Below, piece after piece: positions 1 through 12,981 of a stretch of DNA of 32,072 bases; within the stretch, counting starts at the first letter, position 1; each line of letters opens with the position of its first letter. A model generated the notes under the pieces. The model did no database searches. It was not told where the DNA came from and was given only the letters and a program-made list of their open reading frames with translations. The position numbers and the translations under genes were made by a program. The stretch lies in contig MU053762.1 of the NCBI GenBank assembly GCA_013239625.1, positions 193,258-225,329 of the forward strand, given 5' to 3'. The DNA comes from Lama guanicoe. Taxonomy: Eukaryota.

Positions 1-600
1 GGGGAATTAGATTTAGCCCAAGAGGAAAAAAATCTAAAACTGATATTAGACATCCACCAATAGACTTTCAAAAGAAGTGCAGTGTCTTCCAGTATTAGAC
101 TGACATGTTCACCTTTATTTCCTAGAATTATATGAATTGTGGGGGAGTGGCATTAAGATAAAACTATGTTTGACTTTGGATGTCTGGCTAAGATATTTTA
201 GTTTTAAATTTGGTTCACAGTGGAGAGTGGAGAAGTTTTGGAAGGCAGCTATGCTCACCACTATACCACCAATGCCTTTGAGTGGAGAAGTTTTGATCAG
301 TAGAGGGAAGAGAAAGAATTAGTACCACAGAAAAAGGCATTATCAAGGAAGATAGAAAAGAGATAACTGATGTTCACTGTACATGGCTACCAGACTTTCC
401 ATCGGTTCATCCTTTTATTGAAAATTCATAAGATTACACTTATTCCCTACAGAATGTGCTGTCAATTTTTTTTAAAAATAAGAAATGTCATGTTAATTTT
501 CCAACAGGTATACAATATATGTCTGAATAGATCATGGAAACATTGTTTGAGAATTCTGGCTAATTATTAGTAATTTCAGCATCATATCTAAGAAAGAGAA

Positions 601-3183
601 GTAAGGATCAGCCAAGACGGTGGAGTAGAAAGACACTTGTAGCTCACCCTTTCCCACAAATACACCAAAAGAGACACCCCGGGACCCACCCATTCACTCA
701 GAACACCTACTGAACATTGACAGAACATCACCTTCTTCGAAAAACAAAATTCACCACAAATCTGGTAGGAAAAAAGTAAAAGGAAAATAGCGTGGGACAA
801 ATCCCACAGTGTGGGAGTGACAAGGGAGGATTTGCACTCTTAACCTGGGGGGAAGGGGGACTCCAAGTCTTGTATCTGTGCAAAGTAGCCCTTGGCCCAC
901 AAAACAATAAGTAAAATGAGCACTAAATTTTCCTGTGACCTCAGCCTTAGAAACAAACCAGCAGGGGATGGGCTGGGAATGGCTGCCAGAGCCAAGTGTT
1001 GGACTGGGGCCAACTGCACAGAGGCAATCTCAGGGGGCTGAAGTATGCTATGAACTATGTCTGGGAGGGTATAGAGAACAAAACAGCCTGAGTTCCCCAT
1101 AAAATTAAAAAACAAGAAAGCAGTACTGCTGGTGTGCATTGCAGGGAGGAGCACAATGAGACTGGGCCATAGCCTTTGTCTACACAGGCCTGGGGCACCA
1201 TTGCTGGTGTGTTCTTAGGAGAAGAGAGGCAGGGCTCCACCACAACCACCATATCCCTTAGTGTTCAGCTCCCAGGCAGAGGTGGATTTGAAACACGAAT
1301 TCATACCCAGAGGCTCCACAACTTCACAGGCAGGACTGAAATTTGTTTACAACACCAAGCAAAGGGGACCATTTTGCTATGCAGGTGCCTTTGTGGACCC
1401 ACACCTCTAAGACAAATGGGCAAGGACTAGAGTTCTGGCACAGAGTGAGGGTGAGTGCTGGTGTGGCCATTTTCTGTGAGCCCACCTACCCTGAGTGGAT
1501 GCAGCACTGAGAGTAGTTCTGACCAAGTTGCATGACCTGTGGGCCTCTGGGAAGAGTGAGCAGAGTTTGCAAAGTGGGGTGATTGAAGGGGCAGCATTTG
1601 GCACTTGGCATGGTGCTGATATGGTAGCATGAATGCAGTCACTGAGTGCTGGAAGCCCTACTGGTGTAGGCATCTAAGACAAGTGAGCAGAGTTTGTGTA
1701 TCAGGACAAGTGCAGGTGCAGTGTTTGCTGCTGGGGATGTCACTGACCTGATAGTGCATCACCAACCAAGTGTGTGACCCAGAATTCAGTGGAATTGCAC
1801 TGGTATTTATGAGGGCAGAGAGCCTGGGGAAACCAGAGCAGCATACTGACATTCCTGTGAATAAATCTAGGACAAGGGCAGATTCAAGAAAAAGTACTTA
1901 AAGTGCTCCAACCCCACCTACTAGGCACCAGAGCACAGGACCAGGTCTGGAAGCCTCACTCCCAACAAAAAGGAAACAGACCCAGTCCCTGACAGAGCTG
2001 TGACAACCACAGAACAAAAAGGAGACCACACTAAAAAACCAGAGAAGGCTTTGGTCAACACAACAACAGCCACATCCCTAATCAAAAGGATAACAGATAA
2101 CACACATGGAAGAAAGACGTCGCTACCATCCATACTAAAAACAGACCTAGTGACAAAATTATTAGGGGTGTGCAGTCTACACAGGAACACATCCTCTTCA
2201 AAAAGAAAATCCCTTGAAGGCCAGAGAAGATAACTGATACTTCATAATCCATAGTGCCAGAGAGATATAAGTAAAATGAAGAAGGAAGGGAATGATCCTC
2301 AATTAAAAGAACAATAGAAATCCCCAGAAAGAACAGTCAATGAAATACATCTCAATAGTCTACTAGATCATGATTTCAAAACTGGAGAAATGAAAGCACT
2401 GAAAGAAATAAAAGAGACTATAAATAGAGAGAGAAAACATTATGAAAAGGAAATTGAAACTATAAAGAGGAGATAATTAAAAACATAACACTCAATGTCT
2501 ATGAAAAGAGCCAAGCTATAGACTGTCAAAAGCAGACTAGACAATGCAGAAGAATGAATAAGTGACTTAGAAGACATGATAAGAGAAGTCACCCAATCAG
2601 AACAGCAGACAGAAAAGCAAGAAAAAAAAAAAAGAAACAATGAAAGCAATTAAGGGATCTATGGGATAATATATAACATTCCAACCTATGCATAATAGGG
2701 GTCACAGAAGGAGAAGAAAAAGCAAAAGAGATTGAAAAGATATTTGAAGAAATCATGACTGAGAATATCCCAAACCTAAAGAAGGCATCAAATATCCAAG
2801 TACAGGTAGCACAGAGAGTACTCAAGAAGAACCCAAATAGACTTACATCAAGACATATTAAAATTAAGATGGTGAAAGTTAAAGATAAAGAAATGATACT
2901 AAAGGCAGCAAGAGAAAAATGAATTGTTAGTTATAAGGAAAACCCCATAAGGCATCTGTTGGTTTCTCTTCACCAACACTGCTGGCCAGAAGGGAGTGGC
3001 AATATATATTAAAAATTCTGAATGAGAGAAGCTGCAACCTAGGATAATTTATGCAGTAAGGCTGTACTTTAGAATAGAAAGAGAAAGAATTTCACAGACA
3101 AGCAAAGACTAAAAGAATTCAGCAATACTCAGCCTATGCTAAAGGAAATAATGAAAGGTTTACTCTAAATAGAAAATAAGCAG
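601..3183 (+). mobile_element. LINE-1 copy A, 5' part (5'UTR + decayed ORF1)
   Basis: Starts with the motif aagacggtggagtagaaagacacttgtagctcacc, shared with the other L1 heads (3197, 21004). The ORF1 remnant (~2266-3168) is collinear with the ORF1 start at 22665 and has several stops. Confidence 0.9.
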
Positions 3184-5221
3184 AAGAGAAGGGCAAAGAT
3201 GGTGGAGTAGAAGGACACTTGTAGCTCACCCTGTCTACAAATACACCAAGACTGATATCCATGAACCCACCCATCCAATCAGAACAATTGCTGAACTTTG
3301 ACAGAACATTGCTTTCTTCAAAAGACAAAATACATTGCCAATTGAGTAAGAGAAAAGAAAAAAAATGAAGAGAAAGGAAAATAGTGGGGAACCGGTCCTG
3401 CAGGGAGAGAGTGACAAAAGAGAAATAGCATTCATTTGCTGGGTCTCCTTCACTCCAGAGGAAAGGTCAGTGGGATGGAGGGGGAACTTCTAAGGCTTGG
3501 GTCTAGGTGGAATGGCCTTTGACTGACAGAACTAAGTTTAGTGGGTACAAAGGATCCCTGTAATCCCCAGGCATAGACATCAACCAGCAGGGTTGGGACA
3601 GGACAGGCTGCCCGAGCCAGGAAAAGGACATGGGCCAACTGTACAGAGGCAAGCTTGGGGGACTTCAGTGAGCTGTGTGCCATAGCTAGGGAGATATACA
3701 GATCAGAAAAGTCTGGGTCCCTCATAAAATACACAAACACACACACACACACACACACAAAATAACACTGCAGGTGTGCCCTAGGGAGAGAGGCACTGTA
3801 GCATTTGTCTCTGCAGACCCATGGCACCATTATTGGTGTATCCTTGGGAGAAGAGAGGCAGGGCTTAACAACAACCACCATATTCTACAGTGTGCAGCCC
3901 CCAAGTGAAAGTGAGGTTGATACCTGAAGCTATACTTAGGGTTCGGCAACCTCATAGGTGAGACTGAGATTTGTTTACAGCCCCAGGCAGAGGGAAACTT
4001 TCTGCAAAGGTGCCTCTGTGGACTCGTGCTTCTAAGACAAATGAATAAGAAGCAGAGATTTGGCACAGAGCAGGGGCAAGGGCTAGTGAGGCAATTTTCC
4101 CTGATCCAGGGACATGACTGGTGGGCCTGTAGAACCAGTGAGTGGAGTTCAGGCAGCAGGGTGAGGATAGGGTCGGTGACAACAACAGAACAAAAAAGGA
4201 GGCCCCTCTAAATAGCCAGGGCATTCTCTTGCCACCAGAACGCTGGCCACAACCCCAACCAAAGTAATAACAGGCAAAAGGGAAGGAAGGAAGACTTGGC
4301 AACTACCCGTAAGTAAGAAAGAACTCTCAACAAAATTATAAGGGCACACAGTCTATAGAGAAATATATCCATATTTTCTTTAATTTTTTAATAATTTATT
4401 CATTAATTAACTTAAAATTTTTCTTTAAAATATTTTTATTAATTTTTAAATTGATTTCAATTTGATTTTTATCTGTTTTATTCTTCTGTTATTGATTATA
4501 CACTGTTTACAATTTTTTTATTTTACATTTCTTTTTCATAGTTTTATTTCTGCATCCACTTCAAATAAATAAATGAATAAATAAAAGCTTTCAGGACCAG
4601 AGTAGATAACTGATACTTCATAATCCATAGTGCCAGAGAAAGATAAGCAAGATAAAGAAGCAAAGAATCACTCCCAATTAAAAGAACAAGAGAAATTCCC
4701 TGAAAGAATAATCAATCAAATAGACTCTGATAGTCTACTATATCATTATTTCAAAAAATGACACATCACCTTACTGAAGGAACTAAAACAAATTGTGCAT
4801 AGAGACAGAGAATATGTCAAAAAATGAAATTAACACTATAAAGAGGAGCCACATAAAATTGGAAAACCCATTTATTGAAATGAGAGCTAGTGGGCTAGAT
4901 AATGCAGAGGAATGAATAAGTGACTTAGAAGACAGGAAAACAAAATCACCCAATCAGAACAGCAGAGAGAGAGAACAAAAAAATGAAAATGATATGCGAC
5001 CTATGGTTTAATATAAAGTGTGTCAATGTATGCATAATTGGGGTCCCAGTAGGAGAAGAAAGAGCAAAAGGGATTGAAAAGGCATTTAAAGAAAAAATAA
5101 CTGAAAACTCCCCAAACCTAAAGAAGCAATCAGATATCCAAGTACAGGAAGCACAGAGGGTCCAAAACAAGAAGAAACCAAACATAACCACACCAAGACA
5201 TATTATAATCAGGATGGCCAG
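3184..5221 (+). mobile_element. LINE-1 copy B: 5'UTR + 5' part of ORF1, 3'-truncated, lying in the inter-ORF spacer of copy A
   Basis: Head aagatggtggagtagaaggacacttgtagctcacc. ORF1-like peptide at 4983-5220 (IIGVPVGEERAKGIEKAFKEKITENSPNLKK...TPRHIIIRM). Homology stops mid-ORF1. Confidence 0.85.
3738..3758 (+). repeat. (CA)n microsatellite
   Basis: Direct read of a CA dinucleotide run inside the copy B 5'UTR. Confidence 0.9.
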
Positions 5222-6984
5222 GTTTCTACTGAAAGGAAAAAAACCATAATTGGAAAGGTGATAACTACAATGAATAACAACAGGATAAACACGAAATTGT
5301 AAGAGAGACATCTAAATCAATAAGAGTGGGAGAAGGGAGCAAGAAAATTAAGAGCACTTTTCTTTTCTTTTTCTTTTTGTTTTTGGCAGGATGGTTTGAA
5401 CTTATATCACTATCTGTTTAAAACAAACAGATACAGTAATGGGTTAGTATATGTAAAAAACAGAGTAACCACATGACAAAAACTTACAACGGAGACACAC
5501 ACAAAATAAAACAGAGATAATACAAGAAAAATTATCAAACCACAAAAAGAAAAAGAAAGAAAGAAAGAGGAAATACCAAATCAACTGCAAAACTAAGTTC
5601 AAAATGGCAATAAATACAAGTCTATCAATGATTACTGTGAATGTCAATGGACTAAATGCTCCAATCAAAAGACAGCATGGTATATTGGAAAATAAAACAA
5701 GAACATACAGTATGCTGTGTACAAGAGACACACTTTAGGGAGAAGAAGAGACATAGAGTGAGAATGAGAGGATTGAAAATGATATTCCATGCAAATGGAA
5801 AAAAAAAAGCAGGAGTAGCAATAATGATTACAGACAAAATAACTTAAAAACTAAAGCCATAAATAAAGATAAACAGGGCACTATATAATGATTGAAGGCA
5901 AAATGCAAGATGATGATAGTATACATGTTAACATATAAGAACAAAACATAGGAGACCCTAAATACATAAAGTGAATACTAACAAATATAAAGAGAGAAAT
6001 CTATGGGAACACAATCATAGTAGGAGATTTTAACACCCCATTCACATCACTTGACAGGTTTTCCTGACAGAGAGATAAAGGCAACACAGCAACAAAATGA
6101 TACAATAGAACCATTAGACTTGGTTGATATTTTCAGAATATTACATTCCCCAAAATTACAATATACATTCTTTCCAGTGCACATGGAACACTTTCTAGGA
6201 TGGATTATGCACTCGGGCACAAAATAAGACTCAACAATTTTAAGAAGGTAGTAATTATTTTAAGCATTTTTTTCTGAACACAATGCCATGAAACTAGAAA
6301 TTAACTACAGCAAAACAAAGGAGAAAAAAAAGACAGCATGGTGATTAAACAACATGATACTAAGAAACAAATGGGTCAATGTGAAATTAAAAAAATACTT
6401 TGAGAAAAATGACAAAAATCACAACCACACAAAATCTATTGGATGCAGCAAAAGCAGTCCTAAGAAGAAAGTTCATTGCAATAAAGCCCTTCCTCAAAAA
6501 AGATAAGCAATCTGAAGTAATCAACCTAACCAACCAACTAAAAGAATTAGAAAAAGAAGAGCAAACAAAACCTAAAGTCACCAGAAGGAAGAAAACAATA
6601 AATATCAGGGAGGAAATAAATAAAATCGAGATTTAAAAAACAATAGAAAAAGTCAATCAAACGAAGAGATGGTTTTTTGAAAGAGTAAATAAAATTGACA
6701 AACCTCAGGCCTAGCTCACAAAGAAGAGAAAATACAGAGCACAAATTATCAAAATAAGAAAGGAAAATGGAGAAATTACAACCAATACAACAGAAATTCA
6801 AAATATCATATGAGAATACTGTGATCATATGAGAGTGAACAACTTTATGGAAAATAAATGAATAATCTTGAAGAAATGGACAAGTTTCTGGAAACATACA
6901 GTCCACAAAGTCTGAATCAAGAAGAAATTGACCACTAGAACAAACCAATCACTAGAAATGAAATTGAATACGTATTTAAAAAAA
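5222..6984 (+). mobile_element. LINE-1 inter-ORF spacer + decayed ORF2 endonuclease region (probably continuation of copy A)
   Basis: ORF2 start atggcaataaataca at 5604 (compare 23665). Fragments CCVQETHF, ANGKKKAGVAI and TTTQNLLDAAKAVLRRKFIAI, with many stops and frameshifts. Confidence 0.9.
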
Positions 6985-7460
6985 CAGAAAATTTACATAA
7001 TCTCAGAATATTTACATAATCTCAAACTAATAGATGCTATAAACAGTGGGTGAAATTTTGATGAAGAACAGAATATTTACATAATCTCAAGTTACTGGTT
7101 AGTCACAAAGGAAAAAAGAACTTTATAGGGAAGAAACCTAATAGACACCACCTAATGAAGTGATGAACTTAGCATGACCCATAGATGGAAAAACTGACAT
7201 CCTGTGCCATGTAAAATAACACCTTGGGAAGAACATAGCATCACTGATGCCTGTTGTGCTCCTGCTAACAATACATGACATGGAACTAGTCATGAGGCAA
7301 TATCAGAAAAATATAAAATGGACACATTTTATATTTTAAAATTACTATAAAATTAATGACATATGTTCTTCAAAAATCATAAGATCATGAAAGAAAAGAA
7401 ATGCTGAAAATTGTTCCATTCTAAAGGAGAATAAAAGTACAAATCAAATGAATACTATTT
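6985..7460 (+). mobile_element. Old L1M (L1MC4-like) 3' region fragment
   Basis: Motifs such as gggtgaaattttgatgaagaacagaatatttacataatctcaa and gaagaaacctaatagacaccacctaa resemble L1MC3/4 3' ends as recalled. Subfamily not verified. Confidence 0.6.
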
Positions 7461-7624
7461 TTCAATATCTGAGCACAGATATTAGATATTATAGATATAA
7501 TATTAGACATTATAACTCTTATAAGAACAAAAAATCATTGTTAAAAATTTAAAAGAAGATATGCAAATGTCTCATCTAATAGAAAATAATAAGAGAGAAA
7601 CTCAACAGTGAAACAAAAATACAT

Positions 7625-8625
7625 GATTAAATGTAGCAAAAATTCATTAACAGACATCTCACCAAAGGAAATACACAGAGGGCAAATAAGCATATCAAAA
7701 AATGTTCCACATCATATGTCATTAGACAAATGGAAACAAACCTATTAGAACACCTGAAATTCAGGACACTGACAACACCAAACCCTGGTGAGGATGTGGA
7801 TCTATAGCGCTTCTTATTCACTGCTGATGGGAATGCAAGATGGTAGGGAATCTGTGGAAAACAGTTTGGCATCTTCTTAAGCTTAACACTCATGCACAAT
7901 ATAATCCAGCAGTTGCACTCCTTGGTATTTACCCGAAGGAGTTGAAAATTTATGTCCACACAAAAAACAATATATAGACATTTAGAGCAGCTTTATACAC
8001 CATATCCAAATCTTGGAAGCAACTAAGATGCTCTTCATTAAGTAATGGGTAAATAAACTGTGGTACAGCTGGACAACAGAATAATATTCTATGCTAAAAA
8101 CAAATGAGGCATCAAGGTATGAAAAGACATGGAAGAAATTTGAATGCCTGTTTTTGTTTTTGTTTTTGTTTTTGAATGCCTATTACTAAGTGAAAGAAGC
8201 CAATCGGAAAAGGCTACATATTGTATGATGTCAACTATGTAACATCCTAGAAAAGGCAAAACCGTATGGACAGTAAAAAGATTGGTGGTTGCCAGGGATT
8301 TTGGGTGGGAGAGCTGAATATGCAAGCAATGAAGATTTTGAAGCCGGTGAAAATACTCCATTTGATACTATAATAATGGATGTATGTCATTACACATTTG
8401 TCCAAATCCACAGAATGTACACCAAGAGTGAAACTTAATAAAAACCATGAGCTTCAGGTGATAAAGATGTGTCATTACTGGTTCATCAACAGTAACAGAT
8501 AGAAACGCCCCCACCAGAGTGGCCTAATAGGGAAGGCTGTGCAAGTATGGGGACAGGGCATATGGGCAATCTCTGTACCTTCCTCTTAGTTTTGATGTAA
8601 ACGTAAAACTGCTCTTGGAAAACAT
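7625..8625 (+). mobile_element. Old L1MC (L1MC1/2-like) ORF2 end + 3'UTR
   Basis: cagacatctcaccaaagg...gacaacaccaaaccctggtgaggatgtgga, gtcattacacatttgtccaaatccacagaatgtac, and the terminal ctctgtaccttcctc...gtaaaactgctct typical of L1MC 3' ends. Confidence 0.75.
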
Positions 8626-8639
8626 CTAAATTTTACTAG

Positions 8640-9671
8640 TCATAACCACAGAGAATCTATGCTTTGCAGGAAAACAGTCCTAGGAGGGAAGCTCATAGTA
8701 ATACAGGACTTCCTCAAAAAAGAAGAACAATCTCAAATAAACATTCTAACCTACTAGCTAAAAGAATTAGAAAAACCAAGAGCAAACAAAAGCAAGTCAG
8801 CAGAAGAAAGAAAATAAGAAACATCATGGAGGAAATAAATACAGATTAAAAAACAATGAAAAAATCAATCAAACCAAGAGCTGGTTTTCTGAAAGAGTAA
8901 ACAAAATTGACACATCTCTGGCCAAGCTCATGAAGAAGAGAAAAGAGAGAGCAGAAATAAACAAAATAAGAAAGGAAAGTGGAGAAATTACAAACAATAC
9001 CACAAAATACACAATGTAATATGAGAATACTATGAACAACTACTAGGACACAAAATGGATAACCTAGAAGAAATGGACAAGTTTCTGGAAAGATAGAGTT
9101 CACCAAGACTGAATGAAGAAAAATTGACCACTTGAACAAACCAATCAGGAGAAATCAAATTGAATTAGAAATAAAGGCTTACCTAGAAACAAAAGTCCAG
9201 GACCAGAAGGCTTCACTGAGGAATTCGACCAAACATACAAAGAACTCATAACAGTCCTTCTCGAACACTTCCAGTAGACTGAAAAAGAGAGAGTACCCCC
9301 AAACTCATTCTATGAAGCCACCATTAGCCTGATACCAAAAACAAAGGTATTACCAAAAAACATTACATACTAATATCACTGGTGATCATAGATGCAAAAC
9401 TCCTCAACAAAATATTAGCAGAGTCCAACAGCACATAAAAGAGCTCATAAACCATGATCAATTTTGATTCACCCCAGGAACACAAGGATGCTGCACCATA
9501 CATGAATTAATCAATGTAATGCATCACAAGAGAAAAAAAGAACACACAAACACACACACGATCATCTCAATAGATGCAGAAAAATCATTTGATAAAATTC
9601 AACACTAATTTATGATAAAACACATTACCAAAGTGGTTATAGAGGGAACACATCTCAACATAATAAAAGCT
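8640..9671 (+). mobile_element. LINE-1 ORF2 fragment (post-endonuclease to early RT), decayed
   Basis: Collinear with 24510-25559, e.g. gaaatggacaagtttctggaa, aaactcattctatgaagccacc, gatcatctcaatagatgcagaaaaa. Confidence 0.9.
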
Positions 9672-9850
9672 TTTTTCTAACTTTTTAAAATTGAGTTATA
9701 GTCATTTTACAATGTTGTGTCACATTCCAGTGTAGAGCACAATTTTTCAGTTGTACATGAACATACATATATTCATTGTCACATTGTTTTTTGCTGTGAG
9801 CTTCCACAAGATCTTGTATATAATTTCCTGTGCTATACAGTATAATCTTC
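9672..9850 (-). mobile_element. LINE-1 3' terminal fragment (antisense)
   Basis: T-rich tail followed by the reverse complement of the L1 3' end seen at ~14700-14860. Confidence 0.85.
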
Positions 9851-11457
9851 ATAAAGGACAAGGTTGTCACTCTCACCACTTGTATTCAATATAGTCTTAG
9901 AAGCCCTAGCCACAGCAACCAGGTAAGAAAAAAGAAATAAAAGGGATCCAAATAGGAAAAGGAAGAGGTAAAATTGTGACTATATGCAGATGACATGATA
10001 CTGTATACAGAAAAATTTGAAAGTTTCACACAAAACTTCTAAAACTAATAAAAGAATTTGTCAAGGTAGCAGATACAAGGTTCATGGAAAAGAATTGGTT
10101 GCATTTCTTTATACTAATAACGAATCATCAGGAATAGAATGTAAAGAAACACTCCCTTTTAAAATAGCACCCAAAGTAATAAAATATCTAATAATAAATT
10201 TAATCAAGGAGGTGAAACTTTTATAAATGAAGGACAATGAAACATTGATTAAGGAGATTAAAGAAAACCTGAAAAAATGGAAAGATATCCCATGCACCAG
10301 GATTGGAAGAAAAATATAGTTAAAGTGGTCATACTGCCCAAGGCAATTTACAGATTTAATGTAACCTGTATTAAATTAACTAGGACATACTGCACAGAAA
10401 TAGAACAAATCATATTAAATTTTATATGGAATCACAAAAGACACAAAATTGCCAAAGCATAGCTGAAGAAAAAGAATAAGGCTGGAGAAATAACCCTCCC
10501 AGATTTCAGAAAATACTACAAGCTACAGTAATCAAAACAGCATAGTAGTAGTACAAAAACAGAAATATGGATCAATGGAACAGGATAGAAAGCCCAGAAA
10601 TAAACCCAGAAAATTTTGGTCAATTAATCTTCAACAAAGGTGGCAAGAACATAAAATGGAATAAACAGAGTCTTTTCAGCAAATGGTGTTGGAGAAACTG
10701 GAGAGCAGCATGTAAATCAGTGAAGTTAGAATATTCCCTTACACCATACACAAAAATAAATGCAAAATGGATTAAAGAATTAAAGACTATAAGATAAGAC
10801 ACAATAAACTTCCTAGAAGTAATCATAGGCAAAACATTATCTCACATGCATCTCAACAATGTTCTACTAGGGCAGTCTACCCAAACAATAGAAATAAAAG
10901 CAAAACTAAGCAAGTGGGATATAATTAAACTTAAAAGCTTTTGCACAGCAAAGAAAACCATAAACAAAACAAATCGGCAACCTATGGAATGGGAGAAAAT
11001 ATTTGCAAAAGATGAAACTGAATGGCTTGGTCTCCAGAACATATAAACAGCTCATATGACTTAATAAGAAAGACAAACAACTCAATCCCAAAATGAGCAG
11101 AAGACCTAAACAAGCAATTCTCCAATGAAGACATATAAATGCCCAATAGGCTCATGAAAAAAATGCTTAAAATCACTAATTATCAGAGAAATGTAAATCA
11201 AAACTACAATGAGATATTATCTCACACTAGTCAGAATGGCCATCATTCAAAAGTCTACAAATGAAGAATGCTGGAGGGGGTGTGGAGAAAAGGGCACCCT
11301 AATACACTGTTGGTGTCAATGCAGTTTGGTGCAGCCATTGTGGAAAACAGTATGGAGATTCCTAAAAAGACTGAAAATACAAATAACTTATGATGCAACA
11401 ATCCCACTCCTGGGCAATTGTCCAAAGGGAACGCTAAATCAAAAATACGTCTACACA
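9851..11457 (+). mobile_element. LINE-1 ORF2 fragment (RT to C-terminal Cys-rich region), decayed
   Basis: YADDM core at ~9982 (tatgcagatgacatg). Peptides [28 protein letters not shown] and [15 protein letters not shown]...[12 protein letters not shown]. Confidence 0.92.
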
Positions 11458-12085
11458 TCCTACAGCCAGCATAGTACTCAATGGTGAAAAACTCAAAATG
11501 TTCCCACTAAAATCTGGAACAAGACACGGTTACCCACTATCACCACTCCTATTCAACATAGTCTTGAAAGTCCTAGCCACAGCAATCAGGCAAGAGAGAG
11601 AAATAAAAGGGATCCAAATTGGAAAAGAAGAGGTAAAATTGTCACTATATGCAGATGACATGATATTATATATAGAAAACCCAAAAACTACTAGAAATAA
11701 TCGCAGAATTCAGCAAGGTAGCAGGTTACAAGATTAGCATTCAAAAATAAATTTCATTTCTTTACACTAATGATGAATCAACAGAAAAAGAATGTAAAGT
11801 ATCAATCCCCTTTAAAATAGCCCCCAAAGTAATAAAATACCTAGGAGTAAATCTAACCAAGGAAGTGAAAGACTTCTACACAGAAAACTATAAAACACTG
11901 ATGAAGGAAATTAAATAAGACTTAAAAAAAATGGAAAGATATCCCATGCTCCTGGATTGGAAGAATCAATATTGTTGAAATGGTCATATGCTCAAGGCAA
12001 TCTACAGATATAAGGTGATCCCTATCAATTTACCCAGGACATATTTCACAGAAGTGGAACAAATTATAATAAAATATACATAACC
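11458..12085 (+). mobile_element. Second LINE-1 RT fragment
   Basis: ORF 11498-11737 [22 protein letters not shown]...[15 protein letters not shown] repeats the RT segment already seen at 9851-10430. Confidence 0.9.
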
Positions 12086-12199
12086 TTGTTTAATAAAAGC
12101 TATTTTTGACAAACCTACAGCACAAAACTCAATGGTGAAAAACTGAAAACCTTCCCACAAATATCTGGATTGCACTTGGAACAAGAAAAAAATTATTAA

Positions 12200-12390
12200 G
12201 AAGAACATGATTAGAACAGCTGGTACAATTTGAATATGAACTGTGGCATAGATAATAATACTGAATCAGTATTAAGTATCCTGATTTTCATAAATATATT
12301 ATGATTGCATAAGAGAAAATCTATATCTTAAAAAATAGTCACTGAATTTGAGACATGATTTCTATAAATTATACTCAGATCATTCAGAAA
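12200..12390 (+). mobile_element. Old L1M (L1MC4/L1ME-like) 3' end remnant
   Basis: tttgaatatgaactgtgg...gataataatactgaatcagtattaagtatcctgattttc...tactcagatcattcagaaa resembles L1MC4 3' termini as recalled. Confidence 0.55.
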
Positions 12391-12391
12391 T

Positions 12392-12981
12392 AGATATGCC
12401 CAGGAGTGGATCATGTGGTAAGTCTATTTTTAGTTTTTGAGACATATCCATACTGTTTTCCATAATGGCTGCAACAAGCATATGATCTAGCAATCCCACT
12501 CCTGGGCATATATCCAGAGGGAACTCTAAATTGAAAAGATACATGCACCCCAATGTCCATAGTAGCACAATATACAAAAGCCAAGATGTGGAAACAACCT
12601 AAATGTCCATTGACATATGACACTATAAAGAAGCTATGTTATATTTCCACAATGGAATACTATTCAGCCATAAAAAAGAGTAAAATCATAACATGGATGG
12701 ATCTAGAGATCATCATTCTTAAGCGAAGGAAGCCAGAAAGAGAAAGAAAATATATGGTATCACTTATATGTGAAATATAAGAAATGAAAGAAAAGGAACA
12801 CAGTAATGAACTCATCTAAAAAGTAGAAACAGACTTGCAAGCAAAGTAAATATTCTTATGGTTACTGGGGGAAAGCAAGTGGGAAGGGATAAATTTGGGA
12901 GTTTGTGATTTGCAAATGTGGGCCACAATATATAAAAACTGGATTGAAAAAAAAACAAATTTCTTCTGTATAGCACAGGGA
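12392..12981 (+). mobile_element. 5'-inverted LINE-1 3' fragment
   Basis: 12392-12476 is antisense ORF2-end sequence. 12481-12981 is sense ORF2 end/3'UTR (WKQPKCP...MEYYSAIKK), cut off before the tail. Confidence 0.8.

Noticed and set aside
1..590. Short ORFs at the window start
   Set aside because: AT-rich, no recognisable domain or splice structure; left unannotated.
6985..7090. CRISPR-like repeat
   Set aside because: Eukaryotic context, two copies are adjacent with no spacer, and no cas genes.
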